Made by a program: the position numbers and the translations under genes. Shown piece after piece: positions 28,006 through 40,450 of a stretch of 64,000 nt of DNA. Source of the stretch: Paragordius varius. Its lineage: Eukaryota; Animalia; Nematomorpha. The stretch spans positions 6,820,001-6,884,000 of the forward strand of contig OZ176055.1 in assembly GCA_964247055.1 (NCBI GenBank). The letters are read 5' to 3'. Below the pieces are notes generated by a model. It worked only from the letters and a program-made list of their open reading frames with translations, searched no databases and was not told the DNA's origin. Position 1 is the stretch's first letter. Every line of letters starts with the position of its first letter.

Positions 28006-28023
28006 AAAGGGCTATAAAATCGC
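28006..28023. promoter_or_regulatory. 18-bp spacer between the divergent NAA25 and PPIE start codons (putative bidirectional promoter core)
   Basis: Sequence AAAGGGCTATAAAATCGC between the two ATGs. It contains TATAAAA on + and TTTTATAG on -, and an in-frame stop lies upstream of each ATG. Confidence 0.55.
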
Positions 28024-31000
28024 ATGGCTTTTCAAAAAAGGATTCTCTATGTGGGTAAACATTATTTTGTGATTTTTTAGGTGGTTTGGGAGAAGAAATT
28101 ACCCAAAATATGTTACTTGGTGCCTTTATACCTTTTGGGGACATTTTAAACATCAATATTCCTATGGATTATACAACTCGTATTTTTATGTCTTATTAAA
28201 ATTTAGAAAAAACCCGAGGCTTTGCTTTCATAGAATATGAATCACCCGAAGATGCCAAAGACGCGATAGATAATATGGTATTTTTGCAATTCATAGTTTA
28301 TATAAAGAATTTTAAAGAAATCATTACCCATTCACTGCTAATTCTGTAAAGTAACAAAATATAACGCCTATATTTTAATATATATTTCTCGTAAAAAATC
28401 TTTATCATATTGGCTTTATATAAGTAAATATATAGCGTTTTTTAAACTTATGCATTTTAACTTTACTTATTTGGCACCTTATTATATTTTTAGACTGTTT
28501 TGTAAGAAAAAATGCACAATAACGATGTTTTTCCCTTTGCATTATATATTATTCAACAATTTTTCTCAACACTCTTTTCTCTATTTTCCATATTTTAATC
28601 ATTTATAAAACAGAATGAAAATGAACTCCTTGGCCGTACCCTTCGGGTTTATTTAGCTAAACCACCCAAAACGAGTGGGAATCGTGCCATTTGGATGAAT
28701 GAAGATTGGCTCAAACAACAACATGGACTTGAACGCGAACCCGAAGCCAAAGATGTTGAAGGCGAAGATGACAAAAATTTGGCCGATAACGATGAACAAG
28801 ACGAGCAAGAAGCCTCTGAACGTCGCAAAGGTCTGATAAAAACTTTTTTGAGCATTTTAACCGCTTTTTACGATAGAAAAGGTAATAATTTTACAAACAG
28901 GATGTCATACTTTGATGTTCGTCAAGGCTAATCGGTTTTTGCCAAAATTTTTATTGGATATCTCGCCTCCGTTTTTGTTAAAATTCCATTAAAATGGATT
29001 TATTAAATGCGAAATAGTTTATTTTATTTAGTTTATGGAGGGATATCTATTGTTGTCTTTGGAGCTTAAAAACGTCGGAATCAGACAGTTATTGCTTAAA
29101 TTTTTTTACATAATCTTTCCTTTAGTAAAATGGTTTTTTTTCTAACCGAAAATGTCTAAAATTTTGTGAATTGGACGGATAATAAAGAGGATTTAATTTT
29201 TATTCTACCTACCCAACCCATTTTTTATGCATTTATTAAAATAATCTTTTTAAGAAATGTACTAATTGCTGAAGCCTCGCATAGCAAATTTCAGACAGTA
29301 ATTAATTAATGTTATATTCAACAGCGCGAATCTTTTTTGCCGTTTTTTTAAAATGTTTGATTAAATTATGAATTTCCAAACTCACACAGCTCTGCAAATA
29401 AGTTAAACTTTTAATGTTAACCAAATGGGTAGGTTAAAAGTGTATACGTCCTAGTGATCATTCAACATTCTTTATAATACCGCATTACATCCCCATAAAA
29501 TATACCTGCAAATCAATATGATTTAATACAAAATAATTTAAACATTGATTTGGTTCCTGATATTATTTTTTTGAAGAAAACAAAAAGACGTTTTTTGCTC
29601 TCAACAATAATTTTTTAAAATTTCTACAAACATCTTATCCTTCTACCTCGCGTGGTATTCGTTGGATTACCTTTGATGAATAAACAGCAGATGTCAGTTA
29701 TAGATGTTCTGCGAAAACATCCATTTGGCAGTTTATCTTTGTTTTCGTTTTATCACTTATCAAATATTTTGGAATTGTTAGCGCATTGAACAGGCTCTAT
29801 TTTTTCTTTTGCTTTTTAAAATCTAAAAATAAAACACTTAAATTTCATTTACAAACTGCTGATGTTTTGAATCAGTAGTCGAAATTTGTTGTTAAAATAT
29901 AATTTAATGCATTTATAATTATAACCATTTTATATTTTAATTATTTTAACCTACTATTTGACAATTTTTAAAATCTAATTCAAATGGCGAAGAATGCATG
30001 TTTTTAAGGCACAGGTTATACCATTTTGAAATATATGTATTGAGATAAAATTGGCTTTGGGTTCGAAATTTAACCCAAATGTTGAAATAGCAAAATCGAT
30101 TTTTGTTTATTAAAAGTAAAAAATTATTCAATAATTTTGACACTTTCAGAGATTATTTGAGTGATAATTATACAAAGTTATTTTATAATATAAGTTTTAG
30201 ACATTTTATCCCAATGTTAACAAAATGTTCATAAATTGATTATTTTATATTTGAATTTATTGCTTTCTATTATCATAAATTAATTAAAAATTGAAAATTC
30301 GTAACATTAAATAATTCTTTTTATAATATGCCTTCTAAATATTAGCTTACTATCATATTATATATTTTAATGATGAAGCTTTAAATTTAATTTCATTTTA
30401 CTTCCCTATAATTAACCTCATCCTATTCATTAAAGTTTTTTAGAAATTTTAATAGTCAGTTTTTTTAAATAGGATTTATAAATTTTTTTAATTATTTTTG
30501 GCTTATTGTGAGAGCTGAAGGTATGCTCAGATTTAGATTAACAACTTTAATACTAAACCATAATTAAAATTTGTTAAATGCATAAGGATTAGCATGTATT
30601 AGTTTATCAGCGCTATTTATTTTAAAAAGCGCTCGTTTTGAGGCAAGGGTGCTCATAATTTTTTTTATCATATAAAAATTAATTTTTTTATTGTTTTTAC
30701 CTCATTTACAAAATACTCACAACATAATTTATTAGTTTGTGGGCATATTAGGATTTTATTAAACAACAGAAAAATACATATTGATTAACATGCATTAATA
30801 GTTTTTTAAGAGTTTAACTGGGAGGGGAGAGTAATTAATAGAGATTACTGTATTTCTTGACAATATTTTCCTATTTTTTTATTGTTTTTGGCTAATTATG
30901 TGGGCTGCAAACAGTGAATTATAAAAAGGAATAATTTTTAAGCTTATGCTCTTTATGAGGTGGAGAGTAAGGGTAATTTTATAAATATCCTAATATAAAC

Positions 31001-33137
31001 GATAAAACTACTTTAGTTAAACGAACTGATCTGGATATGCCAAGTGGGGCCGTTATTGATGTCGCTGCTCAAGCTTTGAACGAAATGAAAACGGTCACGA
31101 CTTCGGGTGTGCCTGCACCTTTCCCCTTGAATAATCCTAGGGTCTATTTTGACATTCAAATTGGTATAAAATATTTTGATGTTTTTGAAAAGTTGCGTTT
31201 TTTAAAATATAATTTAGAGTTTTATATGGAGATGTGGGAAGAGTATTGGATTTTTTTTCATTCCATAATAATGTGTAGACTCTGATAAGAAGGCAGCATT
31301 TCTCAGTTTTAAATATTAATATTATTATGCTAAGGTACTCTTTTTATAAAGTTATTTAGTCCAAATTTCAACTAGATATAAACGCGATATGTGCATAGTA
31401 CACGTTATTATATACTTTTTTATTAACGCTGCAAACAGCGTGCCATATTTTTTGTAAATAATTTATTGGATATATATATATATATATATATAATGAATGT
31501 TTAGTAAATTTTGAATATATTTGTATAAAAATAGGTCATCATGGTAAATCTGGGGGCCGTATAATTATGGCTTTGCGTCGAGATATTGTCCCAATGACTG
31601 CAGATAACTTCCTAGCACTTTGCCGACACGATAAAGGTTATGGTTACAAAGGCTGCAAATTCCATCGGATCATACCTGATTTTGTATGTTAATCATATAT
31701 AAATATTTGGATATTATTGGAAAATATTATCAGATAATGGAAATATTGTGTATATGACTTAAATCCATCATAATATTAACAAAAAAATATGAAGAATAAA
31801 ATAATATTTTTTTATAATAAAAAAACTATTTTTTTTTGTTAATGGTATCATTATTATATCATATTTTGAACAAGCTATAAATAAATTTTAATGTTAGATG
31901 TGTCAAGGGGGCGATTTTACCAATCACGATGGAACTGGAGGGAAATCCATATATGGAAAACGATTTAAAGATGAAAATTTTATCTTGAAGCATACCGGAG
32001 CAGGTTGTGGAGTCATTCAATATATGCGAAATTATATTTTATGCTTATATTTTACGCTTATTTTGTCAACTTTGGCGTTTTAATTTCTTTGTTATATCCC
32101 TAATTGAGTTAATATAATTTATTAGTTAATGGCTTTGTAGGTTATCTGTATACTTAAGATCAAAATCAAATTTCATACAGATAATATACCATTCACAGTT
32201 CGAATTTGAAAAAAAATAATTATGTCGTAAATATATTTTTAGGGTAAATCTGAATTGTTCAAGGGTAATTTGAATTGTTCGAGGGGGAATTTGAATTGTT
32301 TAATGGTGGATTTGAATTGTAAATAATATATATGTTTGTGCCATAGAAGCAGCAAAGTTGGAATTTTTTAACAGTGTTTTAATTATTTAATATCTTTAGG
32401 AATATTATCTATGGCTAATTCGGGACCTAACACCAACTCTTCACAATTCTTCATATGCCTCTCAAGGACTGATTGGTAAGTTTTATACTATTTTATAATT
32501 ATTTGCTTTTTGTATCGAAGTTTATTATAGATATTTGTTTTTTAAGAAAATTCATCAAAATTTTAAAGCAAACGAAGCTTTAAAATGAAGGTCTGAGGTG
32601 ATAGAAACGTTCAGCATCATTGAATAGAAAAAGTGGTTTTATAATATTTGAGAACGTTTTTATACCGTTTCCATAATACCTCAAAATAGTATGCAGAACG
32701 CTTCCACAAAATTTTGCAAAAATAAATTACTTTAAAAAAAGTATACATTTTTTAAAAATACTTAGTTGATATCAATTAGCATATATTTATGAATTTTATC
32801 GCGCAAGCTCTGCATTATTAGGAATACTACATAGAAGCGGAAAAATTGGGACTTTCGGAACCCTCATAAAAAATTTAATTTTTTAAAAATATTGTTTTGC
32901 TTTTTATAAGTGGTTCAGGATATATTTTAGAGATATTTTTTGGAATAAAGCATTTAGCTTTCACCAAAAAAATTTTATTACACAAAATGTACTCAAATTT
33001 TGCCATTATTTGATATGGGCCACTTACCACAAAAGTGAACTTTTTTAAAACACTTGTAAGCCCCAAAACCAAAAGCACTATGAGATTCCTGATACATTTT
33101 CCTATCGGAATATATTTATTTCATCATATTTTATGTA

Positions 33138-33186
<49 letters not shown>

Positions 33187-33984
33187 AAAATACCTTTGCT
33201 CAACAATCACAGATTTGATCAGTTTTATTTTTATAATTTTTGTCATTCAATGTTTTAAATGTTTAAACAAATGACAGAAAATACATAGAATACAAAATTT
33301 TTAAAATAATATATTGACATCTAAATTCTCTATTTCTCAAGATTAAAACAGACTATAATTTATCTGTTAATGCCAAGATTTTTAGTATTATATCTTTATT
33401 ATTATAATATATCGTATCATTTTAAATATAATTTACAATTTTTATTCGATTTATATGTCCATAGGCTTGATGGGAAACACGTTGTGTTTGGGTTTGTTGA
33501 GGAAGGGATGGATATTTTAAGGCAAATGGAGGTTGGTTTATCACTATTTTTACTTTTTATATATTTAATGTATTACATTAAACTATTTAATTAATATTCC
33601 AATATTTACAGAATATTTTTAATGTTTTCTCAATTTATATTAAACTTATTACTTATTTTACATTCATCCATATGCAAAAAAGTTTATTAAAAGTTAATTA
33701 ATATATTAATCTAAAATGGAAAAAAATATGGAAAGTTTTTACATATTTTACTAAGTTTTACTGTATATTTCTAATTAAAAATGTTTTGTACTATTAATCT
33801 TATTTCCTTTTTTTGGTTTTATATTATATTTACGCTTAAAATAATATATATATATTTCCCTATAAAAAAGGCTGTGGGCACAAAATCGGGTACACCCAAA
33901 CAACCCGTAACCATAGTAGATTGTGGTGAAGTTATTGCAGAATCTTTGCAAGAAAACGCATCTTTGGATACTCCTGAATCATAA
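28024..33984 (+). CDS. PPIE: Cyclophilin E (RRM + cyclophilin PPIase), 10 exons, 358 aa
   Basis: Exons 28024-28054, 28081-28179, 28207-28277, 28614-28830, 31017-31163, 31535-31683, 31898-32003, 32400-32475, 33465-33531, 33871-33984, total 1077 nt. RRM motifs ILYVGGL and RGFAFIEY; cyclophilin motifs [26 protein letters not shown] and [10 protein letters not shown]. Confidence 0.95.
32187..32325. mobile_element. Internally deleted family A MITE in PPIE intron 7
   Basis: TACCATTCACAGTTCG left end and 21-bp repeats at the right end. Confidence 0.7.
32540..33140. mobile_element. Single arm of the long-TIR foldback family in PPIE intron 8
   Basis: Reverse-complement similarity to 49915-50400. Confidence 0.65.
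33141..33183. repeat. (TA)n microsatellite, about 21 units
   Basis: Read directly. Shorter (TA)n runs occur near 4421, 6192, 8687, 31470, 52800 and 54710. Confidence 0.95.
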
Positions 33985-34155
33985 AAACTTATCATTTTAT
34001 AAAAATTTTCCATAAATGTATAGTGTAAATAAATTATATTTATTATTATATTTATCGTACAAATATATATAAATATTTAAATAGTTGGCAATTTTGTAAA
34101 ATATTTGTATATAAATAAGGGATGTTTTGTTTTACATAAATGTAAGAATTCCTTT

Positions 34156-35430
34156 TTAGAGCGCATAAATTTTTGTAAATACTATTGCGGCAATAATCAA
34201 TGCCATGAGAATGATAAAAGGTCCCCAGGTCACTATAAAGGCATATGGTGACACATATCTATGTTATGCACGAAATTTTTTTTAAAAACGAATAAAAAAA
34301 TTGTTTAATGATTTTATCATAAAATCTCAAATAATATTAACGTTCGGTTTTTATATCATTATCAATTGACTACCCGAGTTTAATTTAAAGATATGTTAAT
34401 AAAACAAAATAATTATATATATACAAAAAAAGTAAGAATATCCATTAATACTTAAATTTTATAAATCTTCGGCCCACCATTTAAATGCGACAAAATAATT
34501 TTTATACATAAATTTTGATAATTAATATTTAAATTCGCTATAATGAGCCAAAACTAATTTTCTTTTAAAGAACTTAATTTAATTTACTATTAAAATTTGA
34601 ATCAAGTTCAAACTTTTTTTAAAAAAAGTATGTACCGTCCTTTGAAGAATATTATTGTGGCCAACTTAGGTACATTCCAATATTTATAATTTAGTTGAGG
34701 TATAGTTGGACTGTTATTATGGCTTTCAATATTGTTAGTATTATTGTTAATTATAGAATTTTGCATATTATGTTTTCTCAAATCATTCAAATTTTGCTCA
34801 AAAATATTTAGACATAAACCGACATGCGAATGACAATTATCAGTAAAAAGGTTATGGATATGGTAATCATTGTATTCTCGAGATCCATCTGTTAATGATT
34901 TATCCCAAACTTCAGTCAAATCCTGCCATAAAGAAATATTTATTTCTACCAATTCTTGCATTAACGACATTTATAAAACTAACAAGTATATCAAAAAATT
35001 TAAATACGAATAATCATCAAAATATTATATTTACAACGCTATTAATAAATAGGAATTTCCTAATGATAATAGTGCATATGAAAGTTCTTAACATCGATAA
35101 ATATTATAAATATATAAAAATTTGGTCAATTAATAGCTTTTTTCTAAGGGAATATAGTACCTGATTAACATCTCTCGAGTTATCAAAGGGATAAAATGAG
35201 TAATATTTTGTTGGTTTTCCAAAAGCCATATCGTTTATAGCAACATGATAGGGTGAAGCGAAATCATATATGGTACCTTTGGATGTGGTGATACCCATAT
35301 GCCCAATAAAAGGGAATAACCATGATATTACTGGAATGGGTGTCCATACAATACTAAATGGTGGATTTTTACGGAATTCGTTTTTAGAACTAAAAACATC
35401 GGAATTATTTGAATCCCGACTCGAGGGCAT
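34156..35430 (-). CDS. TMEM222: Transmembrane protein 222 (DUF778), 3 exons, 219 aa
   Basis: Exons 35430-35161, 34922-34636, 34258-34156. Motifs SIVWTPIPVISWLFPFIGHMGI, MAFGKPTKY, HNLFTDNCHSHVGLCLN, GRYVSPYAFIVTWGPF. Confidence 0.9.
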
Positions 35431-35516
35431 ATCAGATTGGTTTGAGCACACGCATACAACCTTCTGATGATAAAAATTTAAATTTACCTTTTCTGGATAC
35501 CTGGATACTTTTTAAA
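35431..35516. promoter_or_regulatory. 86-bp spacer between the divergent TMEM222 and VPS72 start codons
   Basis: Head-to-head ATGs at 35430 (-) and 35517 (+). Confidence 0.5.
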
Positions 35517-38079
35517 ATGGATAGACCTAAGCGTCAAAATGCTGGAAACAGGATGGCCCAGCTACTTGAAAAAGAAGACGAAGATGATTTTTATAAAACA
35601 GTGTATGGTGGATTTAAAGAGGTATGCAGCACATTTAATTTGGACTGTTTTGATTATTATTATAAATGATAAATTTTAAAGGAAGAAAATGACGATGAAT
35701 ATGAGTCAGGTATGGAAGACAGCTCTGATGTTTCGGATTCAGATATAAGTGTCAGTGAGGACCATAAATCTGAGTCAGAAAGCTCCACAAGTGATGGATA
35801 CCAAAACGAAAGCAAACCTTCAAGAATGGCCGTTGTTAAGGTTAATTGCCAAAATTAATAAATTATACTATAATATATAAATCAGTTATTTTATTACAGC
35901 AAGCCATTAAAAGATCTATCAATCGATCTGAAAACGAAACAGTTATTAAGCCTAAACAAAGGCGACACTTTTTGTCACACACGCCTGAAAACTTTGATGA
36001 TAATGTAGACGGTGAAATTAAATATGGTACTATTATTTTTCTCAAAGATTTTTAAAAAGCTTGACTGATATTTTTTGATACAGAAACCCTTTTTTTGATT
36101 TTTTATTATAATCGATCTTTTTGAGTTGCGATATAGGAAATATTGTTCAGTATTTAAAAATCATAGGTTATAATAAAAAAGGGTGTAATATAGAAATATA
36201 AATCTTTCAATTACCATTTGTCTGAATAATTTTATTATTCAATGTGTCCCCAGATCGTATAAGTGTTCGACAGTCGACACAGGCCAAAAGCGAAGCCGCC
36301 AAACTAAATCAAGTTTTATCGGAACAAAAAACTTTGGAATACAAGGAGAAATACGCTCATCGAAGAAGGCATCTAATTGCTTCACGTCCTCCCCCAACTC
36401 AAGCTGAAAGACTGGAACAAGCTCGCCAAATGGAAGCAATTAATTTGGCATCCCTTGGTATATATGCTAAGTTTTTTTTCTGACTAAAGGTTTTTGATCG
36501 GCTTTTATATATATACCATTTACAAATCAAATTTACTCTACTATTTAAATTCACCCTTGAACAATTCAAGTTCACCCTAAAAATAAATTATGTCTTTTTA
36601 GGCTAATAGAATTCATTATTAATATGAAATATATCTTTATATCACCTTTATACGCTATTTTCTCCGAGGTAAGCGTGTTATAGTTTTCCATTTGTTTCTG
36701 TCTTTAGCTTGTTCGATATCGATACTGAGGAAATCTAGGTCTTCTTGAATGGTGGATTGCCAGGTTTTATAAGGCCTGCCTTTTTTGTTTTTATTATTGG
36801 TTGAATAAGACTGTATGAGCTTTATTCAGTTTGTGTCTTGCGCTCTGTAGATGTGACCAGCCCAACGCAAACGGTATTCCCGGATAGCTGTATTAATTGG
36901 TTTAATTTTTAGAGTTTGATAGGGGCAATATTTGGCTTGGAAATTGTATATGTTAGGGTTATATGCGAAAAGAATGGCGTTTAGGATTTTTTGCTCACCC
37001 TTTTGCAGTGATAGTAGATTTGATTTAGTCATAGGCATGGCATATTTTATTATTTTTTCAGTATTGTTTAATTATAAACAAAATTTTATATAAAAATATA
37101 AAATATATGGGTAATTTTAATATAAAAAAACATATAATTTATTTTATAGTAAATTTTAATCGTTTAATGGTAAATTAGAATTGTCCAAGGGTGAATCTGA
37201 GGCGTAAATAGTAGATTATGTGGTAGTGTTTTGACTTCAAAAATATATTATTTTTTAATATATGACGTAAATGTTGATGCTGGGTTTTTATCTTTCAAAG
37301 AATCTTGTAAAATTTCCTGGCCAAATATAAGAATACATTCATGACCTCTGCTATTAGTCCAAAGATGATCCGGCCAACATCGCCGGGACTTAGCAGTAAA
37401 GATTGACTGATTTCATTTACATATTTTAGAATTCACATTATAAGTCATTTTAAATATATGTAAGTTGTTACTGATTTTTACGATAAATTTTACAGAGTTG
37501 ATGCATTTTTGTGGATAATACTTTTTGTAAATTTATTGTATCGAATATAAGTCAAACCGCTTCAATTTAATATCATGTTTTATGCCATTATATGCTTTAT
37601 GGATAAAAAATTTGTGAGGGTGTCTAAGATTCTTGTTTATTATCTTGTTTGTGATCTGAGGTGTTAATGTTAATTGTTTGTTTTCTTTAGACTTGTCACA
37701 TTTAAATTTATGGAAAATAAAATCTTCTCCAATTCCGCTCACATTATCGGAAGTAATTTATGTATTTTATCAAACTATTACAATTTTATTTTATAATATT
37801 TTAGAGAATTTCCAGTATCAAGAAGCCGAAATCAAGAAAAAAGCTAGATCCTTTAAATCACGAAAAGAGTTGACACACTTTATCCGTTTTTTGTCCACAT
37901 CGGTTCCAATAACTCCTAAGATAACAGATTCGCAGCCTAATAATGAAACATTAAACACAACATTTCAAGCTGGAAATGATAACGATCTCTCTTTAGCCAA
38001 AGAAACTAAAAACTATTTAATTTTTTCGGATAAAGAAAGTTTAGATGATTATTTTAAATCGTCAACCACCTATTTATGA
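35517..38079 (+). CDS. VPS72: VPS72/YL1 H2A.Z chaperone, 5 exons, about 284 aa
   Basis: Exons 35517-35621, 35682-35840, 35900-36011, 36254-36457, 37805-38079, total 855 nt. Motifs RPKRQNAGNRMAQLL, DDFYKTVYGGF, VRQST, TQAERLEQARQMEAINLASL, YLIFSD. Confidence 0.88.
36514..37213. mobile_element. Family A MITE split by a LINE 3' fragment, VPS72 intron 4
   Basis: MITE halves at 36514-36640 and ~37037-37213 rejoin into the family consensus. Confidence 0.75.
36641..37036 (-). mobile_element. RTE-like LINE 3' fragment
   Basis: Reads REYRLRWAGHIYR and GRPYKTWQSTIQEDL..AKDRNKW, a typical RTE-clade C-terminus. Confidence 0.8.
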
Positions 38080-38459
38080 TTGGTGTTGGTTTATTTTATT
38101 ATAAATTTTATTTGCTATTTATATTAATTTAAATGAATATATTGATATTTTTATTTTTTAATGAGTATAATGATTAAGGGAGTGGTCTATTTATTTTGGA
38201 GCGTGAAAAAGTATTTTTAAAAGCAGATATATTTGGAATTTTGGCACCATACTATCACAAATTATTTTATTTTATACCATTGGAATATTACAATATTTTT
38301 AAATTTAAGTGTATTAAACCAAAGATAAAAAAAATTTTAATAACATAATTTATTGGGCTATATTCATTAAAAATCCTTAGTCTATCTAGCAAGAATATCA
38401 TTATTGTTTTTAACGAGAAAGGGCAGTCTCATTTACAAATCTTAGGTTATGATTTTTAT

Positions 38460-38656
38460 CAACCATATGCCTGTTCTATATTACCTCCCGTATATTAAAT
38501 AATTACGGGAAAAGAACATATCTCGGTAGAATTTGATTTGAATTCGCTAGCAGATCCCAGGTCTGTTATTTTCACACTTTGGTTGTGTTTTAAGTATTTT
38601 AAATTTATGTGTGTAAGGATTGCAAATTTTAGTGAGACTCCCTCTGGCAGGCATAA
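38460..38656 (-). pseudogene. Possible decayed CMGC-type protein kinase fragment
   Basis: The frame reads ILTHINLK..VKITDLGSASEF..ICSFP, then after disruption EVI/EQAYG. This resembles kinase subdomains VIb-VIII, with stops and frameshifts. Confidence 0.35.
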
Positions 38657-39399
38657 TCATAATAAAAACTTTTGAAGAAACATAGCAGCTAGATAACTAT
38701 TTTTTTTAATTTTATAAATAATCCATCAGATATGGATGATTTCACCTCTGCCTTCTGCAAAGGGATTAATTTTAAACTGTATATTTTTTTTAAAAAAATA
38801 ATAAAACAGCTACATAATTTTTGCATTTGATACGATCTCCCTTTTCGAGAATGGGTACAAAAGTAATTTTTTACATTTGTTACCCGTGTAACCTTTTTTT
38901 ATATTTTGTTCGTTTCCTATATTACATTAAGAATATAAAATGATTTTTCCTAGTAGTTCACTCGAAATTTAACATTTTATTTTCCGGAATGATCTAAGAG
39001 ATTGTTATAACTCTTTTATTCTTTAGTTTCTGAGTAAGTTATTATTTCATTTTAATCTTTTGAAAAAGTTGGGTAGTTTATTGTAGCTCTCTTGGCATAT
39101 TTTTTTATTTAAGCATTTATTATACCCAAAAGTTGATTAAAATGAGTAGAATAATCCCAGCTTTAGAAAATTTAATTATTTATAACCGAAAATCAATTTC
39201 TCCTATTTAATAGAAGAGGAAATCAAACGGTGCTATCCAAAAAGTATTGTATAAGAAAAAAACAAAATTTCTAGTTTGTCATTTTAAGACACAAATATTA
39301 ATAATGGGTATGCGAGGCTTTCAGAATGGCTTAAACTTCAAATTTAAACCTTTGATCTCACTCTATTGATCCAACACCCATCTATGATATTTATTTTTT

Positions 39400-40450
39400 A
39401 AACTATAATCTCGAACGCAGATTAGCATAAATTAAAGTAATTTGGTGAATACAAAATTTAAGACAGTAATTTTCAAAACAGCATTAGAATGGATAAAGAC
39501 CATCATTTTAATAAATTGTGTAAGAGGCTAGAAACCGAAGCAAAAAATATCAAAACTTTTTTGATAGGCAAAAAGGATCAAATAAACCAAAAATTATGCC
39601 TATAGACGTTTCATGAGAAAAACTGATAATTCGCTTGTCACGGAACGGCCTATAATCTTAAAAATTGACTTATCCAAAGTCTACTAAACAAAAATCGCTA
39701 AAATTTTTGATGAAGGTACCCAAAATAAAAAATAGTCGATTAAAGAGGAAGTGGAATAATAGAGGGATACAACGATATTTCCTTTGAAATTATATGACAT
39801 ATTCTTTAAAAAAAATTCCGAAATATGTAACAATCTGGACAATATATCCAACAAGTCAAATGCCTAATCTTTTTAAAAAATCATATTAAAACGTGTTCGA
39901 TCTATTTTGGAACCAAAAATATCACCTATTCAACTTCTTTTCCAAAATTGGAGAGGATGTAGGGATGTGATAGTCAATATGAGATAGATAAACACATTAA
40001 ATTTATTAACGAAATTCATTTGAGATTGTAGACTTTTCTGAGACGTTTGATTCCACAAAATCTACTTTTATTCTTAAAACAGCTCTGAGTTTTGACACAT
40101 CTAATCAACATAATTATTCAAGTTCTCAAGGATTTCGACAAAACGGGATAACTGACTCATGCATGGTGAATGTGGGGATATTCATGGCTGCGTTTTGTCG
40201 CTTAAATCTGTTTGAGGCATATCTTGAATGCCTAATGAGAAACTTATCCTATACATTAGACTTACACGTCGGCGGAATGATTTAAATTCTATTCATTATG
40301 CAGATGATAAGGTTATCTTCGCAGAGATTTAGTTCATTATGTTAAATATTGAAAAATTTTATACATGAATGTGAAACATACGGACTACATATAATTTTTT
40401 AACCAAAAAATTTGCCGATTAACCTGTTACCAACGCTTCAGTAACTACCA
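39400..40450 (+). mobile_element. Heavily decayed non-LTR reverse transcriptase
   Basis: Remnant motifs IVDFSETFDS (..DFxKAFD), GFRQ and HYADDKVIF amid stops and frameshifts. Confidence 0.65.

Noticed and set aside
28831-28931. RRM-only PPIE isoform by read-through into intron 4
   Set aside because: An open frame of 33 codons past a good donor can arise by chance; there is no independent support.
37338-37410. SECIS-like hairpin (ATGA..AAA..GA)
   Set aside because: The helix between ATGA and AAA is about 16 nt, longer than canonical. It lies in a VPS72 intron, and no in-frame UGA selenoprotein is nearby.
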